The notes: generated by a model not told the origin, from the letters alone. DNA of 60,967 nt from Girardia tigrina (GCA_001938485.1 MQRK01226612.1:1-60967); one strand, 5' to 3'; shown: positions 1-13,626, numbered from the stretch's first letter. Numbers and translations: made by a program.

Positions 1-2
1 AG

Positions 3-1038
3 CCAAAAACTCTCCAAGTTTTTATAAATGGTTTAATGAATGACAGAGCTCAAAAGGCACTAAAAGTGTTGCAGCCTAAAACTTTGGATGAAGCATTCGA
101 GATGATAAAAAAAGAATGTAACTCAGGAAATGTCGGCAACACTAAATGTGCTGGCCGAGAATGATGAAATTCGAATGCTCAGGGTTGAAGTTTCCGAACT
201 GAACAAACGTATTACCTTATTGCAGGAAACGGTGAAAATGCTGCAGCAAGAAAGACAATCGAGTCAATGGAAAGGCGATAATAGAACGAGAAATCCTGTC
301 AAAGAAACAAGTGGATGTTGGAATTGTGGGAGCAGCAGTCACATTTTGAGAGACTGTAAAAAGTCTCGATTCTGCAAAAAATGCAACAAAAAGGGGCATA
401 TAGATAAGTTTTGTCTAAACGGAAAACGTAAATTAGTCCATGTGGTCGAGTCTGCCAGTATATCCAGTAATGAAAGTGAAACAGACACGGGAACAGGTAT
501 GGAAGAACCGAGCATTTGTCATATTTCAAAAGCAAAGAAGTCGTATGCCAGAGCGGTGAAAGAAACAGTTCCGAAACAAAAGGAACAGAATAATCTTCGA
601 GTAAAAAAGAGCAGTTATAAAGTAAAAGATCAGAACAAACCAATGTGTTACGGTCGGATCAATGGGAACAGTAAAAAGATCTTATTAGACACCGGAGCCG
701 AAGTAAATGCTATCAGCAAAGACATGCTAATGGAGTTGCAAGATTCAGATAAAACATTGAAAACCAGACGTTCATCCAGAAAAATCAAATGTGCAGATGG
801 ATTTACAGTGCCTGTACGAGCGGAAGTATCCCTGATGGTTGAATTGGGTGCTAAAGGGAAAAGTTGCAATTTCTTTGTTGTGGATGGATTGAGCCCGGAT
901 ATAATTCTTTGGATACGGAGTATGAAGAGTCTTGGGATTACGATTGATCTCGATAATAATGGTGTTAATAGTGGAATAATTTTCGTTCCATTCTTTTTCG
1001 AAGCAGATACGACAGTCCCGACAAATCAGTTAAACTGA
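3..1038 (+). pseudogene. gag: Gypsy gag-protease ORF (frameshift near 125-150)
   Basis: FINGL..QPKTLDEA capsid motif at the window start; CWNCGSSSHILRDC and CKKCNKKGHIDKFC knuckles; INGNSKKILLDTGAEVNAI retropepsin motif. Confidence 0.9.
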
Positions 1039-1584
1039 AAGGGCACTGTTTGAGGAGTCGGAAGCAGTATGTGCCCTATGAGACTCAGACTGTAGCAGCT
1101 TCCGTTACACGAGAAGCGCCTGAAAGTGAGTGTCTCTTATCCCAATTTAGATGTGTGAATGATAGCAATAGAGACAATATTATTAGTTTAGTGAAAGAAT
1201 TCAGAGACGTATTTAGTTGGTCTAAATATGATATAGGCTTGGCGCGGAACGCTGAGCATAAAATAGAGCTTAAAGATAATGGCCCGATACAGGAGCAAAC
1301 AAGGAGAATTCCGGTGGCGCTCCAAGAAAAAGTGGATGTATTTGTTGAACAGTTGCTACAGAAAAATATTATTCAACCAAGTCTATCAGAGTGGAACGCA
1401 CCTATAGTGATTGTGCCTAATAAGGACGGAGATATTCGACTTACAGTAGATTACCGGAGACTAAATCAAAAGACTAAAGTTCCAACATTTCCAATTCCTG
1501 ACGCACAACAACTTTTTGATACCCTGGGAGGAGCGAAACACTTTAATACAATTGATTTGGCTGCAGGATATTATAACATAAGTC

Positions 1585-2249
1585 TGTTGGGTATTGTAAC
1601 TAAATTTAGTTTTAAATTTATTTTTTAATCTGACTCGCAAATGACCAAAAGGTTTCCTTCAACAATAATATATGAAGAATGAACAAATCCTTTTAATAAT
1701 AATTTATTCTGCAAACAACAATTGAAGTGCAAATATAAATTCAGCTCGATCAGTACGCTAAAATTCAAAGACCACACTTCGATCAAACAGCTACAACTTC
1801 TTAGTTCGAGCGATGCTAGAATAATTTATTTAAAACTTAACTTCTCCTATACAGGATACTAATACTTTCTTAATATTATAATTTATTTAAAACTTAACTT
1901 CTCCTTTACAGGATACTAAATTTCTCTTATTATTTCTTTAGTAAAAAATGATATTACAAAAATTAACAAATCAAGTTTACCGCACATATAATTCAAATTT
2001 AGTTTAATTCTTCTTTTTGAGTGGTAAAATGTTGAACTGTAACTGAAATAACTATTGCTTATATACTAGTTTTTTCTAACCTTGAAAATTGAATAACTAA
2101 AACAAATCTCAATATATTTACAAATATTTTATAAATTTTATTAAAATAACTATTATAATAATCAAAAAATTATTAATTTCAACCAGAGTATTATTTTTAA
2201 TTTTTTATTAGATTTTAAAATTTAATTTATAATTTTCGGAACCCCAACA
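1585..2249. mobile_element. Solo LTR (665 bp) inserted in the RT domain
   Basis: Termini TGTTGGG..CCCAACA, exact 4-bp TSD AGTC; excision restores the frame YNISLAECDREKTAFSTRKGHWEF; internal ~55-bp tandem duplication at ~1821-1930. Confidence 0.92.
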
Positions 2250-4599
2250 AGTCTTGCAGAGTGTGATAGAGAGAAAACAGCGTTTAGTACTAGAAAAGGA
2301 CATTGGGAGTTTTTGAGGTTGCCAATGAGCTTAGCGGCAGCGCCGGCAACGTTCCAAAGAGTTATGAAAGCGATATTAAAGGAAGAAGACTGGAGGGAAT
2401 GCTTGGTATATTTGGATGATATTCTAGTTTTTGGGAAGACACAAAAGGAGCATTTGGTCAGACTGCGAAAAGTATTATCTAAAATCAAAGAAGCCGGTCT
2501 AAAGATTGCACCAGGAAAGTGCCAATTTATGGTCCATAGAGTATCAGCCAATGGAATTTCAATGGACGAGGATAAAATCAAGTGCATCCAGGAGTGGCTA
2601 CAACCAGAGTCTCAAGAAGAAATGAGAAAATTTCTTGGACTTTGCGGATACTATCGCAATTATATTAAAGAGTACGCCAAAATTGTTGCACCATTAGAAG
2701 TGGCATGTAAAGACTGTTGGAACAAAGCAAGGACTAGAAAATTACACCCATTGCAATGTTCAGCCTGTTTGGGTGACGCATTTCTTCATTTGAAACAATA
2801 TTTAATGACCGCGCCAATTTTAGCAGTTCCGAATAGCTACGACCAATTCATATTGGATACGGATGCATGTGATAACACGATTGGATGCGTCATTTCTCAA
2901 GTGCAAAGTAGTGATGAAAAAGTAATAGCCTACGCTTCGCATAAGATGTCTACAGCAGAACAATATTATTGTGTGACACGAAAAGAGTTGCTGAGTGTGT
3001 ATATATACACAAAAATGTTTAGACACTATTTATTTGGAAGAAGATTTAGTATAAGAACTGACCATAAAGCTCTATACTGGATGATGAATAGGAAAACATC
3101 GAGTACAAGTCAATTTACTTCATGGCTCAATGAATTGAGTGTCTTTGATATGGATATCCAATACCGGAAAGGAGAAGAACATAAGAATGCGGACGCTCTA
3201 TCCCGAGCGCTAGAACAATGCCAACAATGTGCAATGAGCCACGAAAATCCGAAGGCAAAACGAAATGTTAAATATTACAATGAAAATCAAAATGATAAAA
3301 AAGCTGTTGTCTACTGCCGGCGGATAGCAATGGAAGAAGAAAATGTCTGTCAGACGGATGATAATAATCTGGCTTTGATAATTAAACTTATGAAAAACAA
3401 AAACGTTGAAGATCAATATCCTAGAGAACTTCAGAATGCAGAAAGAGAAACCCAGGTGCTATGGAGAAATCGGAAGGACTTGCGATTTAGAGGAGACTTG
3501 CTATATATTATTCGCCAAGAGGACTATAAACTTCTTTTACCAAAAAATAGAAGAGATGAAATCATCGGCCATGCCCATATGTTACATGGGCACATCGGAG
3601 TCAGCAAAACAACAGCTCTTTTAAAGGAGAAATTCTACTGGCCAGGTATGTATTTTGATGTTAGAATAAGAATAGAAAAATGTAAAGAATGTCAGAGCCG
3701 ATAAAATCAATGACCAGACAGAAATAAGGCTCATGGATCCTTAAATGCAGGGTACCCTTTTGGAACAATATCTATTGATGTAACAGGACCACTTTCAGAA
3801 AGTAAAAATGGATGTAGATACATCTTGGGAATTATTGATAACTTTTCAAAATACCCCATACTGATACCGCTGAGAAATATGACTGCGAAAACGATATGCA
3901 AATCCATATTTCACAAGTGGATCGTGCAATTTGGAATCCCGGACAGGATACACTCAGATAGAGGGACTGCTTTTGAGAGCGAGATCGTACAGGAACTATG
4001 TGCTCTTCTCGAAATTAGAAAATCTCGGAGCTCACCATATTATCCTCAAGATGACGGGGTAATTGAGAGACTATTTGGTACAGCAAAAGACATGCTTTAC
4101 GCAACAACGAAGTCATCTGGATGTGAATGGGAAGAGGCGATCCCCTTTGTTGAATTTGGACTAAGAAATACAATTTGTAGAAGCACTGGATTCTCACCCT
4201 TCGAGGTGATTTTTGATCGGAAAATGAGGTCTTTCTACTTGGAAAAGAAAGTGAGTCAAGTAAATGATGGAAACTATTGCAAATATATCACAGAGCTTCT
4301 ACAAGTGGTGAGCCAACAGATCAAGACCAAACAAGAAAGTAAAAAGTCAGCTACATCAGGTTCAGGGGGTTGTCGGACAATTGGTGATCTAGTGCTGGCT
4401 AGAATTCTACCGCGAATCAAAGGAATCGATATGTCGAGATACAAAGGGCGATATGCGGTGATTGGTAAACTGGGGAAGCATGCGTACAGATTAAAAAGGA
4501 TTAGTGATGGAAGAATAATTGAGAGAAATGTAGTGGATATCAAAAGATTGAGAACACTACAAAATGACACGAGAAAATCAGAAAAGGCTACAACAATTA

Positions 4600-6243
4600 C
4601 CCTAAAGTTCCGTGTATAACCCGCGGGTTATACAAAGGAAAAAGTGAATTTTTTTGAAAAAGATATACTGCGGGTTATACACGGAACTTTAGGTATTTAA
4701 AAGTTAATAAAATTAAAAAAAAANNNNATTTTATTATTCAAAAGATTTTAAGTCACTTGAATCATCAAAATGTTCATCCAATATTTTTAGAAATGCCTCG
4801 GGAACATCAAAATGGACAAGTTCATCTTCCTGGGAAGAAGCCTCAAGATCATCTTCAATATTGCAAGTGTTTTCTTCATCATCATTAAGAATACCTGCCT
4901 TTTTAAATCCATTGATAATACAATCCTTTGTAATTGAATTGAATGCCAGTAATATCCATTCACAGACTGTTGAACACGAGGCTTTTTTGATCTTTCCGGA
5001 TTTGGTAAATGAATGAAACCCATTTACCATCCATTTCTCCCACTCTTCTCTAATTTTTAATTTGAAACTTCTATTTACAGAAATATCCAACGGTTGAAGC
5101 AATTTTGTCAATCCGCCAGGGATTACAGCAGAAATGGTTGTTTTATGGAGTGTTTTCTTTGAAATGGCTGTCAGGTGTGCTGGCGCAGAGTCAAATGCCA
5201 ATATGGATTTCGGCCTGAAAAATGTGCATGGTCTTTTACACCACACTTCTTTTACCCATTTAATAAACATTTCCTCGTTTATCCAACCTTTTTCATTTGC
5301 CGAAACTATTATTCCATTGGGAAACTTTTCTTTTGGAATGGTTTTTCTTTTAAAGATTACCATTGGAGGAAGCTTGTTTCCATCAGCAGTAACACATAAA
5401 ACAACCGTAAATCCATTCTTTTCCGATCCAGTGGTGTTGATTTTGATATTGTTTCCACCGGTTCTATCTACGGTATAACTCGAAGGCATATCAAAATACA
5501 TTGGAACTTCATCCATGTTTCCAATGTGTTTTAAATCAATACCACGGGATTTCTGCTTGAAATACGATCTAAAATCATTAACTTTCTGTATAAAATCCTC
5601 TGGTAAACTTTGTCCAGTGGATGTTACCCGANNNNNNNNNNNNNNNNNNNNNNNNNNNNNNNNNNNNNNNNNNNNNNNNNNNNNNNNNNNNNNNNNNNNN
5701 NNNNNNNNNNNNNNNNNNNNNNNNNNNNNNNNNNNNNNNNNNNNNNNNNNNNNNNNNNNNNNNAGACTTCTCAAACTTAAAATCCATTCACAAAGATCAT
5801 TTTCTAAGGATTCCCAATGTGCATTACTGCCTCTCAATGCCCTTTTTGTTGGATTCATTAGTTTAATGGCGTTTTTGTTAAGTCGCCATTCTCTTATACT
5901 TTTTTCTGATACATTATATTCTCTTGCTGCAGCTCGATTCCCATTAATTTCAGCAAATTCTATGGCTTCAAGCTTGNNNNNNNNNNNNNNNNNNNNNNNN
6001 NNNNNNNNNNNNNNNNNNNNNNNNNNNNNNNNNNNNNNNNNNNNNNNNNNNNNNNNNNNNNNNNNNNNNNNNNNNNNNNNNNNNNNNNNNNNNNNNNNNN
6101 NNNNNTCCCAAATATTATTGGTGTTATTTAAAGGGTGCGGGTTATACACGGGGTGCGGGTTATACAAAGGAAAAAGTGCCATTTAAAAAAAAAGCGAACT
6201 GCGGGTTATTCACGGGGTGCGGGTTATACACGGAACTTTAGGG
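4600..6243 (-). mobile_element. pogo/Tigger-family DNA transposon
   Basis: 25-bp TIRs CCCTAAAGTTCCGTGTATAACCCGC, TA TSD on both sides; inserted in the Gypsy integrase C-terminus. Confidence 0.95.
4734..5975 (-). CDS. pogo/POGK-like transposase (Brinker-type HTH, CENP-B HTH, DDE_1); start hidden in an N gap
   Basis: NGNRAAAREYNVSEKSIREW HTH; GNMDEVP, LAFDSAPAH, LQPLDISVN catalytic motifs. Confidence 0.88.
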   Translation of the reverse strand, partial: KLEAIEFAEINGNRAAAREYNVSEKSIREWRLNKNAIKLMNPTKRALRGSNAHWESLENDLCEWILSLRSXXXXXXXXXXXXXXXXXXXXXXXXXXXXXXXXXXXXXXXXXXXXXRVTSTGQSLPEDFIQKVNDFRSYFKQKSRGIDLKHIGNMDEVPMYFDMPSSYTVDRTGGNNIKINTTGSEKNGFTVVLCVTADGNKLPPMVIFKRKTIPKEKFPNGIIVSANEKGWINEEMFIKWVKEVWCKRPCTFFRPKSILAFDSAPAHLTAISKKTLHKTTISAVIPGGLTKLLQPLDISVNRSFKLKIREEWEKWMVNGFHSFTKSGKIKKASCSTVCEWILLAFNSITKDCIINGFKKAGILNDDEENTCNIEDDLEASSQEDELVHFDVPEAFLKILDEHFDDSSDLKSFE

Positions 6244-6405
6244 TATGTCAAAAAGTATCAAAAATGATCATCATAATGTACATGAAGAAGACCAGATGCA
6301 GAGGAAGATCGACGAAATATTAATAAAACAAGAGTGAGACGCAATCCAGTTCGAGATCGACAGAAGCCTAAAAGATACAGAAATTAAGTTGTCGAACAGG
6401 GCGAG

Positions 6406-6525
6406 TGTGGAATAATTATATAAATATTAATGTATTTTAATGTGTGTGTTATTTTAATAATCATTATTGTAAATTCTAATTCAAATGTATTTTTCTATTC
6501 TCTTAGTTAGATATTCTCTTTCACA
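6406..6525 (+). repeat. Short 3' LTR of the Gypsy element, preceded by a polypurine-rich tract
   Basis: GAACAGGGCGAG then TGTGGAA...TTTCACA with inverted terminal match. Confidence 0.65.
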
Positions 6526-6530
6526 ACATC

Positions 6531-7495
6531 TAGTTTTTCCGATTCGGGTATCCGAGTACCCGAAAATTTGCCAACTTTTTAAGTATTCAAATACCCGGGT
6601 AATTGAATCGGGTGTCCGGATAAATTTTTGATATTCAAACTGGGATTATATTGGAAATTTTTTCTAAATAAAACATTGAAATCATGATAATTTATAAAAA
6701 AAAATATAGCGACGATATCTAAATGTTACGTAACAGTCGAAAGATTAACAATTTGTTCTTGGAAATTGTCCGAATTTGTCCGAAAAAACAGAAGAATTAG
6801 TAATTCAACGACTTCTGGAATATATTGTTAATTTTAATTGAGATATTATTGCATCAACACATGATGGCGCAAGTGTCATACTGAAGTATGGAAGAATAAT
6901 TTCTGCTGAAAGTCAATGTTGCTTTAATCATGCAATACATTTGACTGTGGTTGAAATATTTTACATTAAACACAAGCTTAATGGTAATAATTCTACTGAT
7001 GTTGAAGATGATGAGTATGATGATGACGAGAATGAAGTTGAGTATAAAAATGAAATGGAAAAATATGTATAATTGAATCTGGTATGTTCCTTGAGTTTCG
7101 CCCTTGGTATGATGTAGCGCTAGAAGAAATGAGAAAAATAATAACGTTTCTTGAAAATCATTACTTCGATCAGAAAAAAATTTTATCAGGTTTTACTGAT
7201 GGTAAAACCCACATCTACTGCATCGGAACGTGTATTTTCCATCGCTGAGATTTTTTGCAATAACCTAAGGTACAGAATCAGTCCTGCAACATTGAATGCT
7301 ATAGTTTTTTTTAAATATTATTTTTTAAATAAACAATAATCTATAGTAAATTACTAACATTTTTGTAATTTGTTATTTACTGCTTTTAAAATATTTTTTA
7401 CGAATTTATTTGAATTTTTCAAATTACCCGGGTAGTTTCGAGAATTACTACTCAAATACCCGGGTATTTCTAAATCGGGTAATTTGGAAACACTA
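6531..7495 (+). mobile_element. Internally deleted hAT transposon
   Basis: TIRs TAGT(T/G)TTTCC; subterminal ACCCG/CGGGT repeats; remnants DGASV, CFNHAIHL and dimerisation motif PTSTASERVFS. Confidence 0.85.
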
Positions 7496-8032
7496 ATAGT
7501 ATCAGGTTATTGTTTCTTTTCTGCTTGTGATTCCTAAAGTGTTGGCAATGTTTAACGTCATGTATGACGACTATTGAAAATTCTTTTGAACTGCACTGAC
7601 AACCTATTGAAAAAGCCTTTTTTTAATATATCGGTCAAGTAACAGAGTTTATTAGGTTGTCTCAAACAATTTACAAACTTTTTAAAGTTAAATCGAAATT
7701 ATTTAGCAATTTTCTAATCCACGTAAAGTCATTGAAAAGCCAACCTATTCACCGAATTTATTACTGTTTGGTGTATTTTTTGACCATAACCCTTAATTTA
7801 AGTCCCCACGAATCCGCTCTTGGTCTAAAATATAGTTGCATTTCGAATAAAAATAATATATTTTACTAAGTGTCGTAAAGTAGATCTAAACTTATTAATT
7901 CTTCAAAATTTGTATTGATTAATTTTGTTTTCTGTTGAGAAATATTATTCCATGTGTTATATTTTCGTTTTTTGTTAAATATTATACAATAATTCAATAT
8001 TTGAAATGTGTTATTTTTTTATTTTTGGACTG

Positions 8033-8034
<2 letters not shown>

Positions 8035-8088
<54 letters not shown>

Positions 8089-8162
8089 NNNNNNNNNNNN
8101 NNNNNNNNNNNNNNNNNNNNNNNNNNNNNNNNNNNNNNATATATATATATATATATATATAT
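8035..8162. repeat. (TA)n microsatellite with assembly gap
   Basis: Pure TA run flanking Ns. Confidence 0.9.
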
Positions 8163-9801
8163 AATTTCATAATATTATGTTATTGTTTGAAAGTAATTAA
8201 AGTTCGAAAGAAAGTTATTTGTATTTTTCAAATTATACGATTTTTACAAAAGAAATTTACGTATTATTCCTCATTATTTGAAACAATTCTAGGTTAAAAA
8301 CACCAAAATTATTGAATTAGAAGGTATTTTTTAACTAGAAAAATGAGAATATATATGCATTCGAAAAGACGTAGCGTATATTTATTTTACTTATTTCCTT
8401 TGATTATTTGGTTTTCAAAGGGTCCTAAAGTATACAGTTATCAGTATGAATCGAGAAGTACATTTGAATATATTATTGATTAAATTTGAATATATTTTTG
8501 GATTTCTCTCTTCACATTTAAGCTTAAACTTTTTACAGGAAATATGTTATTTCACGACTCGTTCCAAAGACACTAAAAAAATCAATGACAAAATTGATAA
8601 GAAATTTTCTATTCAGTTACTATAACGACATTTGGTTTTAAAAAATCAATCATTATACTGTATTCCATAGTGTTACCCGTTTTGCACCTTCTATTCTATG
8701 AGAAAGAGATTATTTGCTAGAATATATCATGATTGAAACATTTTGATGTTTTTGAGTCTGCAACTGTAATATTTTCAATTGATATGTCGTAGGAAGTAAT
8801 GTTCCATTTTTTGTATCATAAAAATTTTGTAATGAAGTCAACAATTGCTGAACTTCCTAAGGACCAAAAGAACTTCCATTATTAGTTACTGTTTCCGCAA
8901 AATTTATTAAACTTTGACGGAGTGCTTCACATATCTTTATTTTGCTTTCAGAGTCAATAATTTAACCTTATATGGTTTGAAGTTCAAATACACTTTGAGA
9001 ATTCGTCATGTTTTAAATGAATTTTTTTACTGTAAGTTAAATTTTTCTCGTATTTAAGTTTAAAGTTCAAGAAGCGTTTTAAAACTTTCACGTGTTATTG
9101 ACAGTTCATTTCTAGATAATTACTACTTAAGTATTTGTGGCAAACAATCAGTAAAAGTACTAGAAAGTTTATTATTATTAGAAATTTTATCTAATATCCC
9201 CGTATTCATCATTAGTAATACGATTAATACTATTTTCTAGGATACCAAAAACATTTTTCATCGTTATTTTAGCTTTGAAATTATCTAATAAATTAGGATT
9301 TGTTACAAATATAATTTTTTCACGTGTCTCGATGAAACATGATAGAGTAAAGTCTGACAAATGTGCAAAAAGGTCTGCTTTTTTCAATACATATTTCTTG
9401 AAATTTCTATTTTAAAATATGCCTTATACATTATCATTGCAAAGTGTTTTATTGAACAAGTCAAAAAACGCTAGTCATAAATAATAATTAGCTTTCAACA
9501 TTTTATGTAATTGGCTTTTGTAGACCTTCATATGAAGTCATATTGTATAAATCTTCATGTTTTTTTTATTCTTGTACATTCTGATTCTTTATTATTCTTT
9601 GTATTGTTGGCATGTGTTCTACCATTTTATTATTTTTGTTGTTGATGTTTTCAGGGGAGATTATGATTTGGTGGATGATATTTCCCCACCATAGATAATA
9701 ATAATTACAGATATGTAATTATTAATTATGATTTACAAATTTTAAATTTAAAAATAAATCAATGGTTGTCATAATTATTATTATCAGTTTGATAGAGAAT
9801 A

Positions 9802-11010
9802 TTGGGTTGGCCAAAAAGTTTAAAGTTAAGTTAAAATTTAAATTTAAATTCAATTATATATTCTGAAACCTTAATTTTCAGACTATGTTTATACAAAATA
9901 TTAATTGATTTTGTTTTAATTTATTACTTTACGTCAATTCGAATTGGAAAATCAAAATGAGCATATTCGTCATGTTTTGTTGCATTATTTTCGCAAAGGG
10001 AAAACCGCTGTGCAAGCTCATAAGAAGATATGTTTTGTATATGGTAGTGACTCCTTAAAACTTNNNNNNNNNNNNNNNNNNNNNNNNNNNNNNNNNNNNN
10101 NNNNNNNNNNNNNNNNNNNNNNNNNNNNNNNNGACCAGTTGAAGTTGATGGCGACAAAATAACAGCACTGATCAAATCTAATCCACATATGACGACAAGA
10201 GAAGTTACAGAGACTCTGGAAATATCAAAATCAAGTGTTGGAAGTCATTTACAGAAACTTTGATTCCTCAGTAAACTCGATATGTAGTTACCACATGAAC
10301 TGAAAGAAATTCATTTGGTGAAACGTATAGACATTTGCGATTCCATTTTGAAACGAGAACAAAGGGAATTATTTTTGAAGCGCTTGATTACGGGTGACGA
10401 AAAATGGATTGTTTACAACAATGTGGAACGCGGATGATCATGGACAAAACGTGGTGAGCCTGCCAAAACGATCCCAAAAGCAGAAATTCACCAAAAGAAG
10501 GTTATGCTTTCCGTGTGGTGGGATTTTAAATGAATTGTGTTTTTTGAACTCCTTCCGAGGAATGAAACCATCAATTCAGACAGATATTGTGGTCAACTGG
10601 AGAAATTGGCTCATTCAATTCAACAGGAACGTCCTGAATTGGCAAATCGAAAAGGAGTTGTAATTCAGCATGATAAAGCAAGACCGCATACAAGTTTGAC
10701 TACTCGCCAGAAACTCTTATCACTGGGTTGGGAGGTTTTGCCGCACCCACCGTATTCTCCAGACTTGGCCCCATCGGATTTTCCTTATTTATATCACTGC
10801 AGAATTCCTTAAACAGAAAAACATTCGCCAGTGATGATGACATCAAGTCGTTATTAGACGGCTTTTTTACTACCGGAAGCTACCGGAAAGCTGGAAGAAA
10901 GTGATTGAAAATAATGGACAGTATATCGTGTAAAAATATTTGTGCATCCATGTCAATTTTTGATAATAAATATTTTAGTAAAAAACGCAATGACTTTTTG
11001 GCCAACCCAA
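9802..11010 (+). mobile_element. mariner transposon, near full length, transposase pseudogenised
   Basis: TIR TTGGGTTGGCCAAAAAGT at both ends, TA TSD; PHEL, ITGDEKW, QHDKARPH, HPPYSPDLAPSD motifs with stops and frameshifts. Confidence 0.95.
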
Positions 11011-12912
11011 TAATTATACGACAACCATTGATATCACGAATTGTTTTTCTATTTTGCTGACTATTAAATTTTTTATTATCTATTTTCACTACTCAAACTA
11101 TTTGCTGAAGACAAATTTATCGAATTCCACTTTGCTTATATTTGTCATCTTATCAAATTACAGTTGCCTTATTTTTTCCGACGTACATTTTTGGACTAAA
11201 AAATATATATACAAATCCAAAACAGAAATAAATAAAATAAAGCCATTTAATAATATTTAAATTAAAAGAAAATAGTAAGGGAGATCAGAAAAATTATATA
11301 AAAAGAATTGAACAATAGAAGAATCATTTCTTGCACAGAAACTTTGGTCTAGAGGAGGTCTATAATTGTCGTTCGTTACTGACATTTTATTTAATTACGG
11401 TAATCTGTTACGGTACTTGTTAGTTAAATTACCTTATATAATATACAGTTATTTTGACATCTGAGTTGTATATATTTAATTTCTTTTTTATATATATTGT
11501 AACCAGCTCTAGAGTTGTAAAATAAGAGGAAATTTTATTCATTGTAAGTGATAAAATTAAATCATTCAAGTAATAACAGCTTTCTTCTTGTTTTATACAC
11601 ATATATAAATAAACATTGATGAATGGAAAAGTGTTTTTTGAATTTTCTGTTGTAGTTTGTAACAAAAACGTTTTATTTTGATTTTTTAATATAATCAACA
11701 GAAAACAATTAATTGATACAGATGATTGTGGAATGTATTTGAATATCTATATAAAAACTTTGAAAGCTTAAATTATAGGAATACTCTGTCTAATTTATTT
11801 CTTATGATATCTGTAAAGACTTATGGATATTTCACTTTCTTTTTTGTAACCTAGCATACTAGTGTTTGTTAGAGTTCCTCTGATATGATTCTTAATTGAA
11901 TCTTCTTTTAAATCTTATTTTAGAGGGGCAGTAGACGTCAGTTCAATGCTGTCGAAACCAAGGTTCACAGTCAATTCTGAAACAAATGTGTTTAAGATTC
12001 AAAAAAAATTAATAAAAAGTAGAATATACTTGTACGTATTGTTTTTATCACAAAGACTTTAGTTATAAATATTTTCAAAATATTACTGAATTTTTTAACT
12101 ACTCACACAAGGCATGGCTGTAATTATAAATGTTTATACAAAATGTTTAATGTAAATGTATGCTTGTAATATGTGAATCAAAATGCGAACTATCCCAAAC
12201 AATTAATATTTGTAGAAACTGTCTTAAAATTAAATTAATTAATTTAATTTTTATGAATTTGATAAAAAACAATTTGTTTAAATATTGGTTTTTCTCGTAG
12301 AATTTTAAATGTATAATCAGACATTGATTACGACTTCTTTCATAAAAATAAATGTTACGAAACTCAGTCTTGTGTCCTTAAGACTCATTCTAGGTCTTCT
12401 GTTTGTGGATTCTAATATTATAAGATATTGAATAGAATCTAGACTAAGAAATCAAATGACAGGAGTGATTTTAAAATTATAAAAGTCGAATTGGTGCACA
12501 TTATCTCTGGTACTTTGAAATGATTATTAAAATGTTTTTATACAGTTAAAACAGGGTACTTAAAGCAGCTCATTTATTTATGTACCTTATTTTTGTACAT
12601 AAACGCTAAATATTCAGAAAGTTTCTTTGTAATTTTTTGAAATTTTTCGACTTAGTAAATATATTAATAGAATTTTTATGACTTCGACTATGGATTTTTC
12701 ATTCGATTTTGTGACTAATTGATTAAAAGTGATGTAATTTATTTATTTTAATGTGAGGAAAACTAAAAGTGATTCAGCTCTCAATTTATTGAAATTATTA
12801 AATCGAACTGGATTTCGGTTACTTAATTTGTTACGTGAGAAAACGAAAAAAACCCATATACGTATTTTACAATTAATTGCTGTTCTGATCAGTAATTAAA
12901 TTATAACATACA

Positions 12913-13626
12913 CTAGAAAAATACCCGTCAAAAATGACTGGTGAGCTGAATTTTCGACTTTGAAAATTTCTGTTTTAATTTTTAAATCGTAATTATTATA
13001 CTTTATTATTAATTGTTTTGGATTCTGTGTTAATTTAACAGTCAGTCAAATATATCGGCACCAAAGGCCTTTCGGCAAAGGCACTGTACAGATAGAACCG
13101 TCTCGATGCGGAATATGCAGATCTATCTCAACTTTACGCGGTTTCACTCACTGTTCCTCCAATATTTCTCATTTTATCTGCATATATATGATCATAGTAA
13201 AATTTGAGCTTGACTGACAAACCGTGAATCAGATGATAACGAAATTTTGCAAATTTAACCTAAATTGATTTTTAGAAATATAATTAGTAAATAAGTGATA
13301 GAAATCGTCATTTATGAAATAAATTAGTATTTTATTGATATTTTCTTAAAAATTTTCACGAAAATCCGTGTAGGAATCATCAAAATCGTTATTATTCGAA
13401 ATCGGTGTTAATTTAACCATTTAACGACATGTACGATTTTCGATCAATTTCATCGGCTTCCGGGCGTCTTTCGGCGAAGGCGCTGTACCAACAGAATCGT
13501 ATTGATGCGGGCTATTCAGATTGACCACGATCTTAAACGGATTCGTCCGCAATTTCACATTGAAAAGCGTGACCGGCAAACAAACAAACACACTTTTTAG
13601 ACATATATATATATATATAATGTAGA
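12913..13626 (-). mobile_element. Non-autonomous Helitron/HINE-like element
   Basis: Minus strand begins A|TC followed by (TA)n and (GTTT)n, and ends with hairpin CCAGTCA-TTTT-TGACGGG then CTAG|T; internal ~45-bp diverged direct repeat (~13069, ~13468). Confidence 0.7.

Larger units (their letters stand above)
1030..6388 (+). pseudogene. pol: Gypsy pol (RT-RNase H-integrase), split by a solo LTR and a pogo element, with stop/frameshift near 3704
   Basis: SEWNAPIVIV..VDYRRLN, IDLAAGY, YLDDILV, DACDNTIG, TDHKAL, NADALSR; integrase HHCC, IDVTGP/HSDRG/ERLF; basic tail RRNPVRDRQKPKRY after the pogo insertion. Confidence 0.93.
1..6525 (+). mobile_element. Ty3/Gypsy LTR retrotransposon (5' part outside window), interrupted by two insertions
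   Basis: Gag C-terminus, two CCHC knuckles, protease LLDTGA, RT (YLDD), RNase H (LDTDAC..), integrase in PR-RT-RH-INT order; purine tract and TG..CA 3' LTR at 6406-6525. Confidence 0.96.

Noticed and set aside
217-869. Antisense ORFs over gag (and similar ones over pol and the 50-57 kb region)
   Set aside because: Shadows of sense-strand coding sequence
8500-9420. Coding-like stretch, possible MFSD11 upstream exon or TE remnant
   Set aside because: No frame matched MFSD11 or a motif I recognise
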